DNA of 64,000 nucleotides from Vicinamibacterales bacterium (GCA_050187355.1 JBFWXO010000005.1:18502-82501); one strand, 5' to 3'; counted from the first letter of the stretch, positions 36,088 through 48,543 are shown. The notes: generated by a model not told the origin, from the letters alone. Made by a program: numbers and translations.

Positions 36088-39012
36088 ATGAAGACCACGC
36101 AACGCACGCTCGGCGCGCTGGCGATTCTCTTCGCGCTGGCGAGCCATGCGGGCGCCCAGGGCCTGCAGTCCGGCATGCTCACGGGCACGGTCACCAGTGC
36201 CGACGGGCTCTCGCTGCCCGGGGCTACCGTCACCGTCGAGTCACCGGCGCTGCAGGGTGTCCGCACCGCCGTGACCGACGTCAATGGCAACTACGTCCTG
36301 CGCGGCCTGCCGCCGGGCGACTACACGGCCCGCGTCGAGATGGACGGCATGGCGCCTCGCACCGAGCGCACGTCCATCGCGCTTGGACGCACGACGGTCC
36401 TCGACGCCACGATGACGATCGCCGGCATCTCCGAAACGGTGACCGTCGCAGCCACCGCCTCGCCCGTCGTCGCCAACCCCGTCGTCGGGACGAACCTGAG
36501 GAAGGGCGACGTCGACGGCCTGCCGATCGGCCGCACGCCGCAGAACATCGCCGAGCTGTCGGCCGGCCTCACCGACAACACGCCCAGCGCGAACCAGGTC
36601 ACGATCTCGGGCGGATTCGGCTTCGACAACGCGTTCCTCGTCGACGGCGTGGACGTGAACGACAACATCTTCGGCACGGCGAACAACCTCTACGTGGAGG
36701 ACGCGGTCGAGGAGACGCAGGTGCTCACGTCGGGCATCTCCGCGGAGTACGGCCGCTTCTCGGGCGGCGTCATCAACATGGTGACGAAGCGCGGGGGCAA
36801 CCGTTTCTCCGGCAGCTACCGCGCGAACCTCTCCAACCCGGCCTGGGTCGCCGAGACGCCCTTCGAGACCACTCCCCGGCGCGACGTCCTGCAGCTGATG
36901 TCGGAAGCCACGCTGGGCGGTCCCGTGCTGCGCGACCGCCTGTGGTTCTTCGCGGCGGGCCGCAGCGAGAACTCGTCCACGCCCTTCACGTTCGTGGACT
37001 CGGGCATCGCGGGCGAGACGGGCACCGAGGAAACGCGCCTGGACGTCAAGGTGACCAACACGTGGCGCAGCCGCCACACCTTCCAGGCCAGCTATCTCGA
37101 CACCGCGCTGACGCAGAGCGGCGTGCGCGGCATCGTGTCCGCCGCCGTGGACCCGCGCGTCCTCGTGACGCGCAGGACGCCGCAGTCGCTGGCGGTGGCG
37201 AGCTGGCAGGGCGTGCTCTCGCCGCAGCTCTTCGCGACGGCCCAGTATTCGCAGAAGCGCTGGGGGTTCCGCGGCAACGGCGGCACCAGCACCGCCATCG
37301 TCGACTCGCCGTTCCGGACGCGCGGCGGCGGCGGGCTCCCGTCGGGCCGCCTCTACAACGCGCCGTACCTCGACGCGAACGACCCGGAGGACCGGGACAA
37401 CCAGCAGCTCGCCGGCAGCGTGTCCTACTTCCTGTCGGACCGCCGGTTCGGCAGTCACGATCTGAAGGCCGGCGTCGAGCGGTTCACGACGTCCTATCGC
37501 GGCGGCAACTCGCAGTCGGCGACGGGCTACGTCTTCTACTCGAACTACGTGGCCGACGCCGCGGGCCGGCCGGTGTTCAATGCCGACGGCACGCTGACGC
37601 CGCAGTTCGTCACCGGGCGCTCGATGCTCTACACGTGGCTGCCGACGCGCGGCGCCACGATGGACATCCACACCACGTCGCTCTACGCCCAGGACCGGTG
37701 GGCCGCGACGCGGCACCTCTCGTTCGACCTCGGCCTGCGCCACGAGCGCGTGCGCAACGACTCGACCGGCGGGGTGGTGAGCGCGAACACCGACGCGTGG
37801 CTCCCCCGGCTGGCGGCCTCCTACGACCTGCGCGGCGACGGCGCGTGGGTGGCCCAGGCCACCTACGGCCGCTACGCCGGGCGCTACAGCGAGGCGCAGT
37901 TCACGGCGAACTCCGATGTGGGCAATCCCAGCCTGCTCATCTCCGTCTACACGGGCGCGACGGGCCAGGGCCTCGGCTTCGCCCCCGGGCTCGACCCGGC
38001 CAGCTACACGGTCCCGGTCTTCGGCAGCTTCCCGACGGCGAACGTGTCCTTCGAGGACGGGCTGTCGTCGGCGAGGAACACCGAGATGACGGCGTCCTTC
38101 GGCGGCGAGCTCGGCGCGCGGGGCTACCTGAAGGCCACGTACGTCCATCGCCGCACGTCGAACGTGATCGAGGACTTCACCACGAGCGAACTGGGCGCCA
38201 CCACGATCGTCAGGGACGGCGTGGAGGTGGGGACCTACGACAACATCCAGTATCGCAACGTCGGCGACGCGCTCTTCCGCAAGTACGACGCCCTCGTGCT
38301 GCAGAACCGCTACCGCCTCACGAACGCCTGGTCGCTGTCCGGCCACTGGACGGTCCAGCTCCGCAACAACGGCAACGTCGAGGGCGAGGCGGCGAACCGG
38401 CCGGGGGCGACCTCGCCGTTCGGCGACTACCCCGAGGCGTTCAACGCCGAGCGGCACTACCCCGTGGGACGGCTGGACGACTTCCAGCGCCACAAGGTGC
38501 GGGCGTGGACGACCTACCTCGCCGACCTCGGGCGCGCCGGCTCGCTCGACGTGACGGCGCTCTACCGCTACAACTCCGGGCTCACTTACAGCCTCCGTGC
38601 GAACGGCGAGCCGCTGAGCGCGCTGCAGACGGCCAACGCCGCCGCGGCGGGCTACGCGGGCCTGCCGGGCGGCGGCGTCCAGACGATCTACTTCGGCGAG
38701 CGCGGCACGGGGTCCTTCAAGGGCGCCGGCGTCGTCGACCTGAACGTGGGCTACAACGTCCCCGTGTTCCGGTCGCTCCGGCCCTACGTGAAGTTGGAGC
38801 TGCTGAACGCGCTGAACAACCAGAAGCTGACCACGTTCGACACCACCGTGTCGGCCGACTGGTCCGGCCCGCTCGACGCGCTCGGGCTGCCGACGACCTA
38901 CGTGCAGGGTCCGCGCTTCGGCCAGGCGACGCGGAGCGCCGACTATCCCGCGTGGCGCACCGGCCAGACCGGCGGCCGCGCGTTCCTGATGGCCATGGGC
39001 CTCAGGTTCTGA
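36088..39012 (+). CDS. TonB-dependent receptor with N-terminal carboxypeptidase-regulatory-like domain
   Basis: ATG 36088 with GGGAGACAGAGGG upstream. Signal peptide MKTTQRTLGALAILFALASHAGAQG. GTVTSADGLSLPGATVTVES...TDVNGNYVLRGLPPGDYTARV, then a plug-like segment and a long barrel ending ...AMGLRF. Confidence 0.85.
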   Translation: MKTTQRTLGALAILFALASHAGAQGLQSGMLTGTVTSADGLSLPGATVTVESPALQGVRTAVTDVNGNYVLRGLPPGDYTARVEMDGMAPRTERTSIALGRTTVLDATMTIAGISETVTVAATASPVVANPVVGTNLRKGDVDGLPIGRTPQNIAELSAGLTDNTPSANQVTISGGFGFDNAFLVDGVDVNDNIFGTANNLYVEDAVEETQVLTSGISAEYGRFSGGVINMVTKRGGNRFSGSYRANLSNPAWVAETPFETTPRRDVLQLMSEATLGGPVLRDRLWFFAAGRSENSSTPFTFVDSGIAGETGTEETRLDVKVTNTWRSRHTFQASYLDTALTQSGVRGIVSAAVDPRVLVTRRTPQSLAVASWQGVLSPQLFATAQYSQKRWGFRGNGGTSTAIVDSPFRTRGGGGLPSGRLYNAPYLDANDPEDRDNQQLAGSVSYFLSDRRFGSHDLKAGVERFTTSYRGGNSQSATGYVFYSNYVADAAGRPVFNADGTLTPQFVTGRSMLYTWLPTRGATMDIHTTSLYAQDRWAATRHLSFDLGLRHERVRNDSTGGVVSANTDAWLPRLAASYDLRGDGAWVAQATYGRYAGRYSEAQFTANSDVGNPSLLISVYTGATGQGLGFAPGLDPASYTVPVFGSFPTANVSFEDGLSSARNTEMTASFGGELGARGYLKATYVHRRTSNVIEDFTTSELGATTIVRDGVEVGTYDNIQYRNVGDALFRKYDALVLQNRYRLTNAWSLSGHWTVQLRNNGNVEGEAANRPGATSPFGDYPEAFNAERHYPVGRLDDFQRHKVRAWTTYLADLGRAGSLDVTALYRYNSGLTYSLRANGEPLSALQTANAAAAGYAGLPGGGVQTIYFGERGTGSFKGAGVVDLNVGYNVPVFRSLRPYVKLELLNALNNQKLTTFDTTVSADWSGPLDALGLPTTYVQGPRFGQATRSADYPAWRTGQTGGRAFLMAMGLRF

Positions 39013-39017
39013 TGCGC

Positions 39018-39055
39018 GCGGCGCCGTCGGTGGACCCCCTCCCCGACGGCGCCGC
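39018..39055. terminator. strong GC hairpin between convergent TBDR and ADOP genes (candidate bidirectional terminator)
   Basis: 13-bp perfect stem (39018-39030 pairs with 39043-39055) and a 12-nt loop, starting 6 nt after the TBDR stop. Confidence 0.6.
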
Positions 39056-39096
39056 CGTCCCGTTCCCTCCACCCGGCCGCGACGCCGCCCCGGGAC

Positions 39097-41742
<2,646 letters not shown>

Positions 41743-41776
41743 ATGAGTGTCCCTCCTCGCAGGCCTGGAACGGCGT

Positions 41777-42112
41777 TCAGGACCCGGCGGCCAGGATGCG
41801 GGCGACCGCCGCCGTCATCCGGTGCCAGGCCTGTTCTTCCTCGCGCAGGCGCTTCTGGCCGGACTTGGTCAGCCGGTAGAACTTCGCCTGGCGGTTCGCT
41901 TCCGACGCGCCCCATTCGGCGTCGATCCAGCCGGCCGTCTCGAGGCGCTGCAGCGCCGGATAGAGCGAGCCCTGGTTCACGCGGAGCACGTCCTGGGAGA
42001 TCTGCTGGATGCGCTGCGAGATCCCCCAGCCGTGCATCGGCCCGAGGGCCAGCGTGCGGAGGATCAGCAGGTCCAGCGTGCCTTGCAGGAGATCGAGCGA
42101 TTTCGGGGGCAT
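41777..42112 (-). CDS. PadR-family transcriptional regulator (acidobacterial type, paired with ADOP)
   Basis: 111 aa, ...[63 protein letters not shown]... It lies directly upstream of the ADOP gene. Confidence 0.9.
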   Translation of the reverse strand: MPPKSLDLLQGTLDLLILRTLALGPMHGWGISQRIQQISQDVLRVNQGSLYPALQRLETAGWIDAEWGASEANRQAKFYRLTKSGQKRLREEEQAWHRMTAAVARILAAGS

Positions 42113-42134
42113 CGGAACACCTCGTGCGGCGCCG

Positions 42135-42992
42135 TCACTGGCGGCCCTGACGGACTGGCAGCTTGCGCCGGCCCCAGTCCACGATGGAGCCGTCGTACAT
42201 CCGTGCGTCGAAACCCAGGTGGCGGGCGGCGAAATAGACGACCGATGCGCGCATGCCGATCATGCAGTAGGACACGACCGGTCGTCCCGAGGCGGCGCCC
42301 GCGGCGGCCAGCTTCGCCCGCATCACCTCGTCGGCGACGAACTGGCCCGTCCGCGAGACGAGGTCGGTCCACACCAGCTGGCGCGCGCCGGCCAGGTGGC
42401 CGGCCGGGTGCATCCCGTCCATGCCGCCGTCCTCACCCGTGAACTCCGCGTCCGGCCGCGCGTCCACGAGCGCGATCGCCGGCGTCTCGAGCCGGGGCAG
42501 GAGCCAGTCGGCCGTGGCGACGACCTCCGAGCGCGGCGTCAGCGACGAGAGCGTCCCGCGGGCCGGCGTGGCGCCGGGGCCGGTCTCGACGGGCCGCCCC
42601 TCGGCCTTCCACGCGGCGAGCCCGCCGTTCAGCAGGCGAACGTCGGGATGCCCCAGGTAGTCGAGCGTGAAGAACGCGCGCGTGGCGCCGATGGCGGAGC
42701 CATAGACGACCACCTGCGAGGTGTTGGAGACGCCTGCCGCCTCGAACACGTCGCGCAGTTCCTCGACGGGCGGCAGCTCGGAGCCCAGGTCGTCGGGACC
42801 GTCGATCGCGAACTGCGCGTAGCGGACGACGCGGGCCCCGGGCACGTGGCCCGCGGCGAACTCCCCGGGGCGCCCCTCGACGTGGATCACGACGACGCCG
42901 GGCTCCTGCAGGCGCGGCGCGAGCTCGGCCGGGGTCAGCAGGCCGCCGGACGCGGCGGCGGCGAGGGCGAAGAGCAGGGCTGTTGTCGACAC
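42135..42992 (-). CDS. exported tandem-rhodanese sulfurtransferase
   Basis: Two rhodanese domains with active-site loop YCMIGMRAS. Start guessed at GTG 42992, giving signal-like [17 protein letters not shown]. The track ORF starts 26 codons further upstream. Confidence 0.78.
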   Translation of the reverse strand: MSTTALLFALAAAASGGLLTPAELAPRLQEPGVVVIHVEGRPGEFAAGHVPGARVVRYAQFAIDGPDDLGSELPPVEELRDVFEAAGVSNTSQVVVYGSAIGATRAFFTLDYLGHPDVRLLNGGLAAWKAEGRPVETGPGATPARGTLSSLTPRSEVVATADWLLPRLETPAIALVDARPDAEFTGEDGGMDGMHPAGHLAGARQLVWTDLVSRTGQFVADEVMRAKLAAAGAASGRPVVSYCMIGMRASVVYFAARHLGFDARMYDGSIVDWGRRKLPVRQGRQ

Positions 42993-43213
42993 CCGACAAG
43001 AGTCGTGGCCTTCTTGTCGAATGTCAACAAGAGACGAGCGGATTGGCGTGACGAACCGGGTGACGAACAAGAGACGCCCAAATCCGGGCGGATGCGTTCG
43101 GCGCAGCCCGGGCAGGGTGGTCGACTGCCGGAGGCACGCGCCGGCACCCGGCCGCGATGGTCTCGTAACGCTCGTGCCGGCGCGGCATCCGAGGAGCGGA
43201 GGCAGGTCACGCC

Positions 43214-43720
43214 ATGCACGTTCGCACTCTCGTTCTCGCAGTCGCCGGGCTCCTCGCCGCGGGCGGCGTCCGGTCCGCGGCGGCCCAGGAGATGCTCGTG
43301 GTACGGAAGCCGACGCTGACCCTGGCCGCGGCGCGCGTGGCCGTGCAGGCCGCCGAGGCCGAGGCGGCCAGGCGCGGGCTCGGCGTCGTCACGGTGGTCG
43401 TCGATGCCTCGGGCACCATCATCCAGCTGTCCCGGATGGATGCGGCGCAGGTGGGGAGCGTCAACGTCGGCATCGGCAAGGCGCGCACGGCCGCGCTCTT
43501 CCGCCGGCCGAGCCGCGTGTTCGAGGAGCAGATCGCCAACGGCCGCATCGCCGCGCTGGCGCTCGCCGACGCGACGCCGCTCCAGGGTGGCGTCCCGATC
43601 GTGCTCGGCGGCACGGTGGTGGGCGCCGTGGGCGTGAGCGGCGACTCGCCGTCCGTGGACGAGGACATCGCGACCGCCGGCGTCCGGGCGCTGGAGTCCA
43701 CGATCGCCTCCCGCCACTGA
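43214..43720 (+). CDS. GlcG/HbpS-like (DUF336) heme-binding-family protein, exported
   Basis: 168 aa with a signal peptide. ...AEAEAARRGLGVVTVVVDASGTIIQLSRMDAAQVGSVNVGIGKARTAALF...GGVPIVLGGTVVGAVGVSGDSPSVDEDIA. Confidence 0.85.
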   Translation: MHVRTLVLAVAGLLAAGGVRSAAAQEMLVVRKPTLTLAAARVAVQAAEAEAARRGLGVVTVVVDASGTIIQLSRMDAAQVGSVNVGIGKARTAALFRRPSRVFEEQIANGRIAALALADATPLQGGVPIVLGGTVVGAVGVSGDSPSVDEDIATAGVRALESTIASRH

Positions 43721-43762
43721 CCGCTGGCCGGGCGGCAGGCCCTGAGGTCGCGTCCCGCCGTC

Positions 43763-44533
43763 CTATCGCAGGCAGGTCAGGTGACGCCCGCCGTCCACGG
43801 CGATGGTGTCGCCCGTCATCCACCCGGCCTTCATGGACGCGACGAAGAGCACCGCGTCGGCGATCTCGTCCGCCCGGCCCGGGCGCCCGAGCGGGTGCGT
43901 CTCCTTCGCCCGCTCCAGGAACGCCGCATAGCGCGTGGCGTCCATGCCGCCCCGCGTGTGCAGGTTCGTCACGGTCACGCCCGGGTTCACGCAGTTGACG
44001 CGCACGCCGTGGGGCGCCCAGTCGAGGGCCGCGCACCGGGTGAGGTGGTCGAGCGCGGCCTTGCTCGAGCAGTAGACGGCGACGCCCGCGAAGGCGCGCA
44101 GCCCGTTCACGCTCGAGACGTTCACCACGTTGCCGCGGCGGGCCTTCAACTGGGGAAACGCCTCGCGCATGAGGCGGAACGGCGCACGGACGTTGATGGC
44201 GAACATGCGGTCGAAGAGCTCGTCCGGCGTCTGGTCGGTGCTGGCGGTGCCGATGATGCCGGCGGCGTTCACCAGCACGTCCAGCCCCCCGAAGCGCTCG
44301 ACGGCGGCCGCCACGACCCGTTCCGGCGTGTCGTCCGCCGTGACGTCGGCCGGCACCGCCAGGGTCGGACCCGAGGCCTCGGCGGCGGCCGCGTCGAGAG
44401 CCGTGGCATCGCGGGCCACCAGCACGACCGACGCGCCCTCGCGCGAGAAGGCGAGCGCCGCCGCGCGCCCGATGCCCGAGCTGGCGCCCGTCACCACCAC
44501 CACCTGATCCGCGAACATTCCCTGGCTCGTCAT
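43763..44533 (-). CDS. SDR-family oxidoreductase
   Basis: ATG 44533, MTSQGMFADQVVVVTGASSGIGRAAALAF... (TGxxxGxG), with the YCSSK catalytic motif. Confidence 0.9.
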   Translation of the reverse strand: MTSQGMFADQVVVVTGASSGIGRAAALAFSREGASVVLVARDATALDAAAAEASGPTLAVPADVTADDTPERVVAAAVERFGGLDVLVNAAGIIGTASTDQTPDELFDRMFAINVRAPFRLMREAFPQLKARRGNVVNVSSVNGLRAFAGVAVYCSSKAALDHLTRCAALDWAPHGVRVNCVNPGVTVTNLHTRGGMDATRYAAFLERAKETHPLGRPGRADEIADAVLFVASMKAGWMTGDTIAVDGGRHLTCLR

Positions 44534-44727
44534 GGCAGGGAAGTATAGGGCGCGCATCCTTCGTAGGACACGGCTGTCCCCGCTCCACCACAGCCGGGCC
44601 GCGGCAGGCGGGCCTCCCCGGGGCGCGCGGCGGCGCGACGGGCTGATTCGGGCGCAATCGCGAGCGGCCGCCAACACGCGTCGTCCGTGACACAATCGGC
44701 AAGGCTTTTGCGAAGGCCGGTGCAGCC

Positions 44728-45801
44728 ATGCCCCCGCCCGCTCCCACCGAGTTCTACTCGCTGCGCGAGATCGCCCAGGCGGCGGACGTCGCCGAGTCGG
44801 TGGTGCTGGACCTGGCGGCTCGCGGCAACCTCCCGACCGCGTCGGGCCTGCAGGACGGGGCGCCCCTCGAGACGCTGGTGGCCGAGCGCGCGGCCATCGA
44901 CGCAGTCAGGGCCCTGAGCGCCGGCGAGCCGGTGGGCGACCACGGGCGGTCCGTGCTGGCGGTGGCGCCGACCACACGGCGCGACACGGGAACCTCCTTG
45001 GCCGTCTCGAGCGGCCTGCACGCCCTGGTCGCCCTGCTGGCCGCGGCGGTGGCCAGCCTCGGCTGGTCGCTGCAGGCGGCGCCCCCGCTGGAAGAAACCG
45101 TCTCGCGTGAGCCCGTCCGCCTCGTGTACCTCGCCCTGCCCGGACCGGGGGGCGGCGGGGGCGGCGGGGGGCTGAAGCAGAAGCTGCCCCCTCCGAAGGC
45201 GGAGCGCGAGGGCGACCACTCCCTCGCCAGCCCGCTGCCGGCCCGCGAGCTTCCGCCACCCGCTCCCGAGCCGGTCCCGGTCGATCCGCCCAAGCCCCTG
45301 GACGCGAAGATGCTGCCGCCGGTGATGGCTCCGGTCGCAACGTCGCCCCCCGACACCCGGAACCTCGAAGGCGTGATGCGCGACACTCCGCCGCAGGCGC
45401 CGTCACTGGGCCCGGGAACCGGCGGCGGCGCGGGCACCGGCCGGGGCACCGGTCTGGGCGAGGGCGACGGCTCGGGCATCGGCGATGGATCGGGCGGGGG
45501 CATGGGCGGCGGGCCCTATCGGCCCGGGAGTGGCGTCGAGCCGCCGCGGCTCCTGCGCGAGGTGAAGGCCGCCTACACCGACGAGGCACGGCGGGCCAAC
45601 ATCACCGGGTCGGTGGACATGGAAATCACCATCCGCAGGGACGGCTCGGTGAGCGACATCCGGATCCTGCGGGGACTCCGGGGCGGGCTGAACGAGCAGG
45701 CGGCAGCCGCCGTCCGCCAGTGGCGCTTCGCCCCCGCACGGCTCAAGGGCACACCGGTGGACGTGATCGTCGAGGTCTCGGTGGAGTTCACGCTGCGGTA
45801 G
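44728..45801 (+). CDS. TonB-family energy transducer with an unusual ~85-aa cytoplasmic N-terminal extension (HTH-like)
   Basis: 357 aa. The N-terminus EFYSLREIAQAADVAESVVLDLAARGNLP resembles a short MerR/excisionase-type HTH. Then a TM helix (LHALVALLAAAVASLGW), a Pro/Gly-rich spacer, and a C-terminal TonB domain (...ITGSVDMEITIRRDGSVSDIRILRGL...AVRQWRFAPARLKGTPVDVIVEVSVEF). Confidence 0.8.
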   Translation: MPPPAPTEFYSLREIAQAADVAESVVLDLAARGNLPTASGLQDGAPLETLVAERAAIDAVRALSAGEPVGDHGRSVLAVAPTTRRDTGTSLAVSSGLHALVALLAAAVASLGWSLQAAPPLEETVSREPVRLVYLALPGPGGGGGGGGLKQKLPPPKAEREGDHSLASPLPARELPPPAPEPVPVDPPKPLDAKMLPPVMAPVATSPPDTRNLEGVMRDTPPQAPSLGPGTGGGAGTGRGTGLGEGDGSGIGDGSGGGMGGGPYRPGSGVEPPRLLREVKAAYTDEARRANITGSVDMEITIRRDGSVSDIRILRGLRGGLNEQAAAAVRQWRFAPARLKGTPVDVIVEVSVEFTLR

Positions 45802-45818
45802 GCGCCGGAGTACTGGGT

Positions 45819-46586
45819 ATGGAGACGATGCTCCTCGGAGTGACGGTGGTTTCGCTGCTCGCGGCGGTGGCGGCGTCGACGGTCGCGTGGCGCCTCCTCC
45901 GGGCGGAACGCGCCCGCCACGCCAGCCGCGTCGCGGCGCTCGCCGCTGCCGCCGGCATCGACAGCGCCCGGCCCGCACCTCCCCCGGCGACCGCCCCCGC
46001 CGCCGACGCCGGGGCGCTCGACGAGTTCGTCGCGGCTCGCGGGGCATCGGACGCCGGCGCACCGGCCCTCGCCGACGGCATCGTCCCGACCGGCGCGATC
46101 TTCACGCGGCCCGGCGTGGACTCCGGATCGTCGAACCGTCAGCACCGGCTGCTCGGCGCCGCGGCCGCGTTCGCCCTGATCGTCGTGGGAGTGGCGGGCG
46201 CGCTCCTCGTGAGCGGCCGGACGCCGGGGGCCGGAGCGGCGGTTCGCGCCACCCCGCTCGAATTGGTCGCCCTGGGTCACCAGCGCGCCGATGGTGCGCT
46301 GGCGATTTCCGGGCTGGTCCGCAATCCCGCCGCGGCCGCCGCGCTCCCCGCCGTCGACGCCGAGGTCCGGGTGTTCGACGCCTCCGGCATCCTGATTGCC
46401 ACGCGCTCGGTGACGCTCGGCGCCGCGCCGTTCGCCGCGGGCCAGGAAGCGCCGTTCGCGGTGACGCTCGGCGACCTGCCGACCGCTGCCCGCTACCGCG
46501 TCAGCTTCAGTTCGGGCGGCACCATGCTGCCCCACGTGGACCGGCGCACGAACCTCCCGGCAGCCGTCACGGCCGACGCGAGGTGA
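45819..46586 (+). CDS. hypothetical two-TM membrane protein with small beta-rich C-terminal domain
   Basis: ATG 45819 (METMLLGVTVVSLLAAVAAS...). A second TM (LLGAAAAFALIVVGVAGALLV). The C-terminal ~100 aa (LELVALGHQRADGALAISGLVRN...VRVFDASGILIATRSV...) are possibly DUF3426-like. It lies 17 nt after tonB. Confidence 0.55.
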   Translation: METMLLGVTVVSLLAAVAASTVAWRLLRAERARHASRVAALAAAAGIDSARPAPPPATAPAADAGALDEFVAARGASDAGAPALADGIVPTGAIFTRPGVDSGSSNRQHRLLGAAAAFALIVVGVAGALLVSGRTPGAGAAVRATPLELVALGHQRADGALAISGLVRNPAAAAALPAVDAEVRVFDASGILIATRSVTLGAAPFAAGQEAPFAVTLGDLPTAARYRVSFSSGGTMLPHVDRRTNLPAAVTADAR

Positions 46587-46597
46587 GGAGGACCACC

Positions 46598-47680
46598 ATG
46601 CGCCACGCGCCCCACTGGATCGCCTGGCCGGCCGCGGTGGCGGCCTTGGTACTCACCGCCCGCGTTCCGGGCCTCCATGGGCAGGAGGGCTTCAGGTTCA
46701 AGAGCGGCGTCGAGCTCGTGAACGTGAACGTGACGGTCACGGACCGCTCGGGCCGCTTCGTCTCGGGACTCACCGAGGACGACTTCGTGGTGTACGACGA
46801 CGGCCGGGCGCAGGGCATCACGCACTTCAGCGCCGAGCGCGTGCCTGTCAGCCTCGGCATCGCGCTCGACACCAGCGGCAGCATGGCCGGCGACAAGATC
46901 GACCAGGCGCGCGCCGCGCTCGATCGCTTCCTGCTGGAACTGCTGGCGCCCGACGACGAGGTGTTCCTGTTCCGCTTCGGCGCCAGCCCCGAGCTGGTCC
47001 AGGACTGGACGTCGAACAAGTCGCAGGTCAGCCGCCGGCTGGCGCGGGTCAACCCGAACGGGGGCACCGCGATGTACGACGCGGTGGCCGAGGCGGTGCC
47101 CGTCGCCCAGCAGGGCCAGCACCAGAAGAAAGCCATTCTCGTCGTCTCCGACGGCAACGACACGAACAGCCGCACCTCGGTGTCGGAGTTGAAGCAGATG
47201 ATCCGGCAGACCGAGGTGCTGGTCTACGCCGTGGGCATCGACGGCCACGCCGAGACGACCTTTGGCGGCGGACGCGGCACGCCGCCCGTCATCCGGCAGC
47301 CACCTCCGCGGATGCCGTTCCCGTTCCCGCGCGGGGGCGGCGGACGCGGCAGTCCGTGGCCGGGCGGCGGCTTCCCCGGGGGCGGCACATCCGGCAGGGG
47401 CGGCGGGCGCGTCTACGGCAATGCCGGCAACGACGATCGCGTGAACGTGAGCGCCCTGCGCGAGATCACGGACGACAGCGGAGGCCGCACCGAGATCGTC
47501 CGCGACGCCCGCGACCTGGATCCGGCCACCGAGAACATCGCCGACGAATTGAGCCGGCAGTACTACATCGGCTATCCGGCCCCCGACCACCACGATGGCG
47601 GCTGGCACAGCATCCGCGTCGAAGTGAGCCGTCCGGGCTATACGGTCCGGGCCCGCCGCGGATACACCGCCACGCGCTGA
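46598..47680 (+). CDS. VWA-domain protein of the VWFA-related acidobacterial family
   Basis: ATG 46598 with GAGGAG SD. Signal peptide, then FRFKSGVELVNVNVTVTDRSGRFVSGLTEDDFVVYDDGRAQGITHF...LDTSGSM (MIDAS DxSxS)...LVVSDGNDTNS...YYIGYPAP...WHSIRVEV. Confidence 0.85.
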   Translation: MRHAPHWIAWPAAVAALVLTARVPGLHGQEGFRFKSGVELVNVNVTVTDRSGRFVSGLTEDDFVVYDDGRAQGITHFSAERVPVSLGIALDTSGSMAGDKIDQARAALDRFLLELLAPDDEVFLFRFGASPELVQDWTSNKSQVSRRLARVNPNGGTAMYDAVAEAVPVAQQGQHQKKAILVVSDGNDTNSRTSVSELKQMIRQTEVLVYAVGIDGHAETTFGGGRGTPPVIRQPPPRMPFPFPRGGGGRGSPWPGGGFPGGGTSGRGGGRVYGNAGNDDRVNVSALREITDDSGGRTEIVRDARDLDPATENIADELSRQYYIGYPAPDHHDGGWHSIRVEVSRPGYTVRARRGYTATR

Positions 47681-47907
47681 CGCGGGTGTCCCGAGCAGGA
47701 ACGCCGCTCCCGGACGAGTGCCCCTCGCGCCGTCCGCCGCCCGATCCAGGCGCATCGTCGCACTCGCGGCGCGGTGTCACGGCTGTCAGATCCGTCGAAC
47801 TCCCGGCGTGTCCCGCGCGTGGAGACACGCCTGTCGCCCGGCGAGCACACTCGCGCATCGGTTGCGGCATCGACGGCGCGATCGCCCGCGCATCCCTCAC
47901 GCATGGT

Positions 47908-47923
47908 TGGCATGCGCCTCGCA
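47908..47923 (+). promoter_or_regulatory. candidate sigma54 (-24/-12) promoter upstream of the BON-domain gene
   Basis: TGGCATGCGCCTCGCA: GG and GC at exact consensus spacing, with -24 TGGCAT and -12 TCGCA. It lies 70 nt upstream of ATG 47992, in a 311-nt intergenic region. Confidence 0.45.
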
Positions 47924-47991
47924 ACGTCATCAGGTGTGCGGCATCACAAGGACTGCCGGCCGCAAGCCGGCCACAACCCGGAGTGGAGGTC

Positions 47992-48543
47992 ATGATTACC
48001 CGTCTCAGCATTCCTGCCCTGGTGCTGGTCCTCGGTCTCGGCAGCACGAGCTTCGCCCAGGACCGCCGCGACTATCAGGTCTTCCAGGACATCTCCAACC
48101 AGATCAACCGCTACACCCAGTTCACGATCTTCGACAGCGTGGACGTCGCGATCACGGACGGCCATGTGGCGCTGAGCGGCTGGGTGACGATGCCGTACAA
48201 GAGCACCGACATCGAGCGCCGCGTCGCCAAGGTGGACGGCGTGAAGTCGGTGAAGAACGACATCAAGGTGACGCCTGTCTCGCAGTTCGACGACGAGCTG
48301 CGCTTCCGCATCGCGCGGGCCATCTACGGCAACTCGTCGTTCTGGAACTACGCGGCGATGGCGAACCCGCCGATTCACATCGTCGTCGTGAACGGTCGCG
48401 TGACGCTCACCGGCGTGGTCAACAACAACGTGGAGCGCGTGCTGGCGCGGTCGCTGGCGACGGGCTTCGGGTCCTTCGACGTCAAGAACGAACTCAAGAC
48501 GGACGAAGAAGTCAGGGCCTCGCTGGAGAAGCTGGCCGACTGA
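47992..48543 (+). CDS. exported tandem BON-domain protein
   Basis: 183 aa. Signal peptide MITRLSIPALVLVLGLGSTSFAQ. Two BON-like repeats (...VDVAITDGHVALSGWV...VAKVDGVKSVKNDIKV; ...IHIVVVNGRVTLTGVV...FDVKNELK). SD GGAGTGGAGG. Confidence 0.85.
   Translation: MITRLSIPALVLVLGLGSTSFAQDRRDYQVFQDISNQINRYTQFTIFDSVDVAITDGHVALSGWVTMPYKSTDIERRVAKVDGVKSVKNDIKVTPVSQFDDELRFRIARAIYGNSSFWNYAAMANPPIHIVVVNGRVTLTGVVNNNVERVLARSLATGFGSFDVKNELKTDEEVRASLEKLAD

Noticed and set aside
43021-43998. 325-aa plus-strand ORF and other ORFs (43207-43701, 43461-44747) overlapping the GlcG-like and SDR genes.
   Set aside because: They are out of frame with, or antisense to, two genes that have clear family signatures. The products are Arg/Gly/Pro-rich.
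44697-44713. Sigma54-like match tCGGCAAGGCTTTTGCG upstream of the TonB-like gene, with correct GG/GC spacing.
   Set aside because: It lacks the conserved T before GG and would leave only a leader of about 4 nt before the ATG with no SD. I consider it weaker than the two candidates reported. A PWM score and TSS mapping would settle it.
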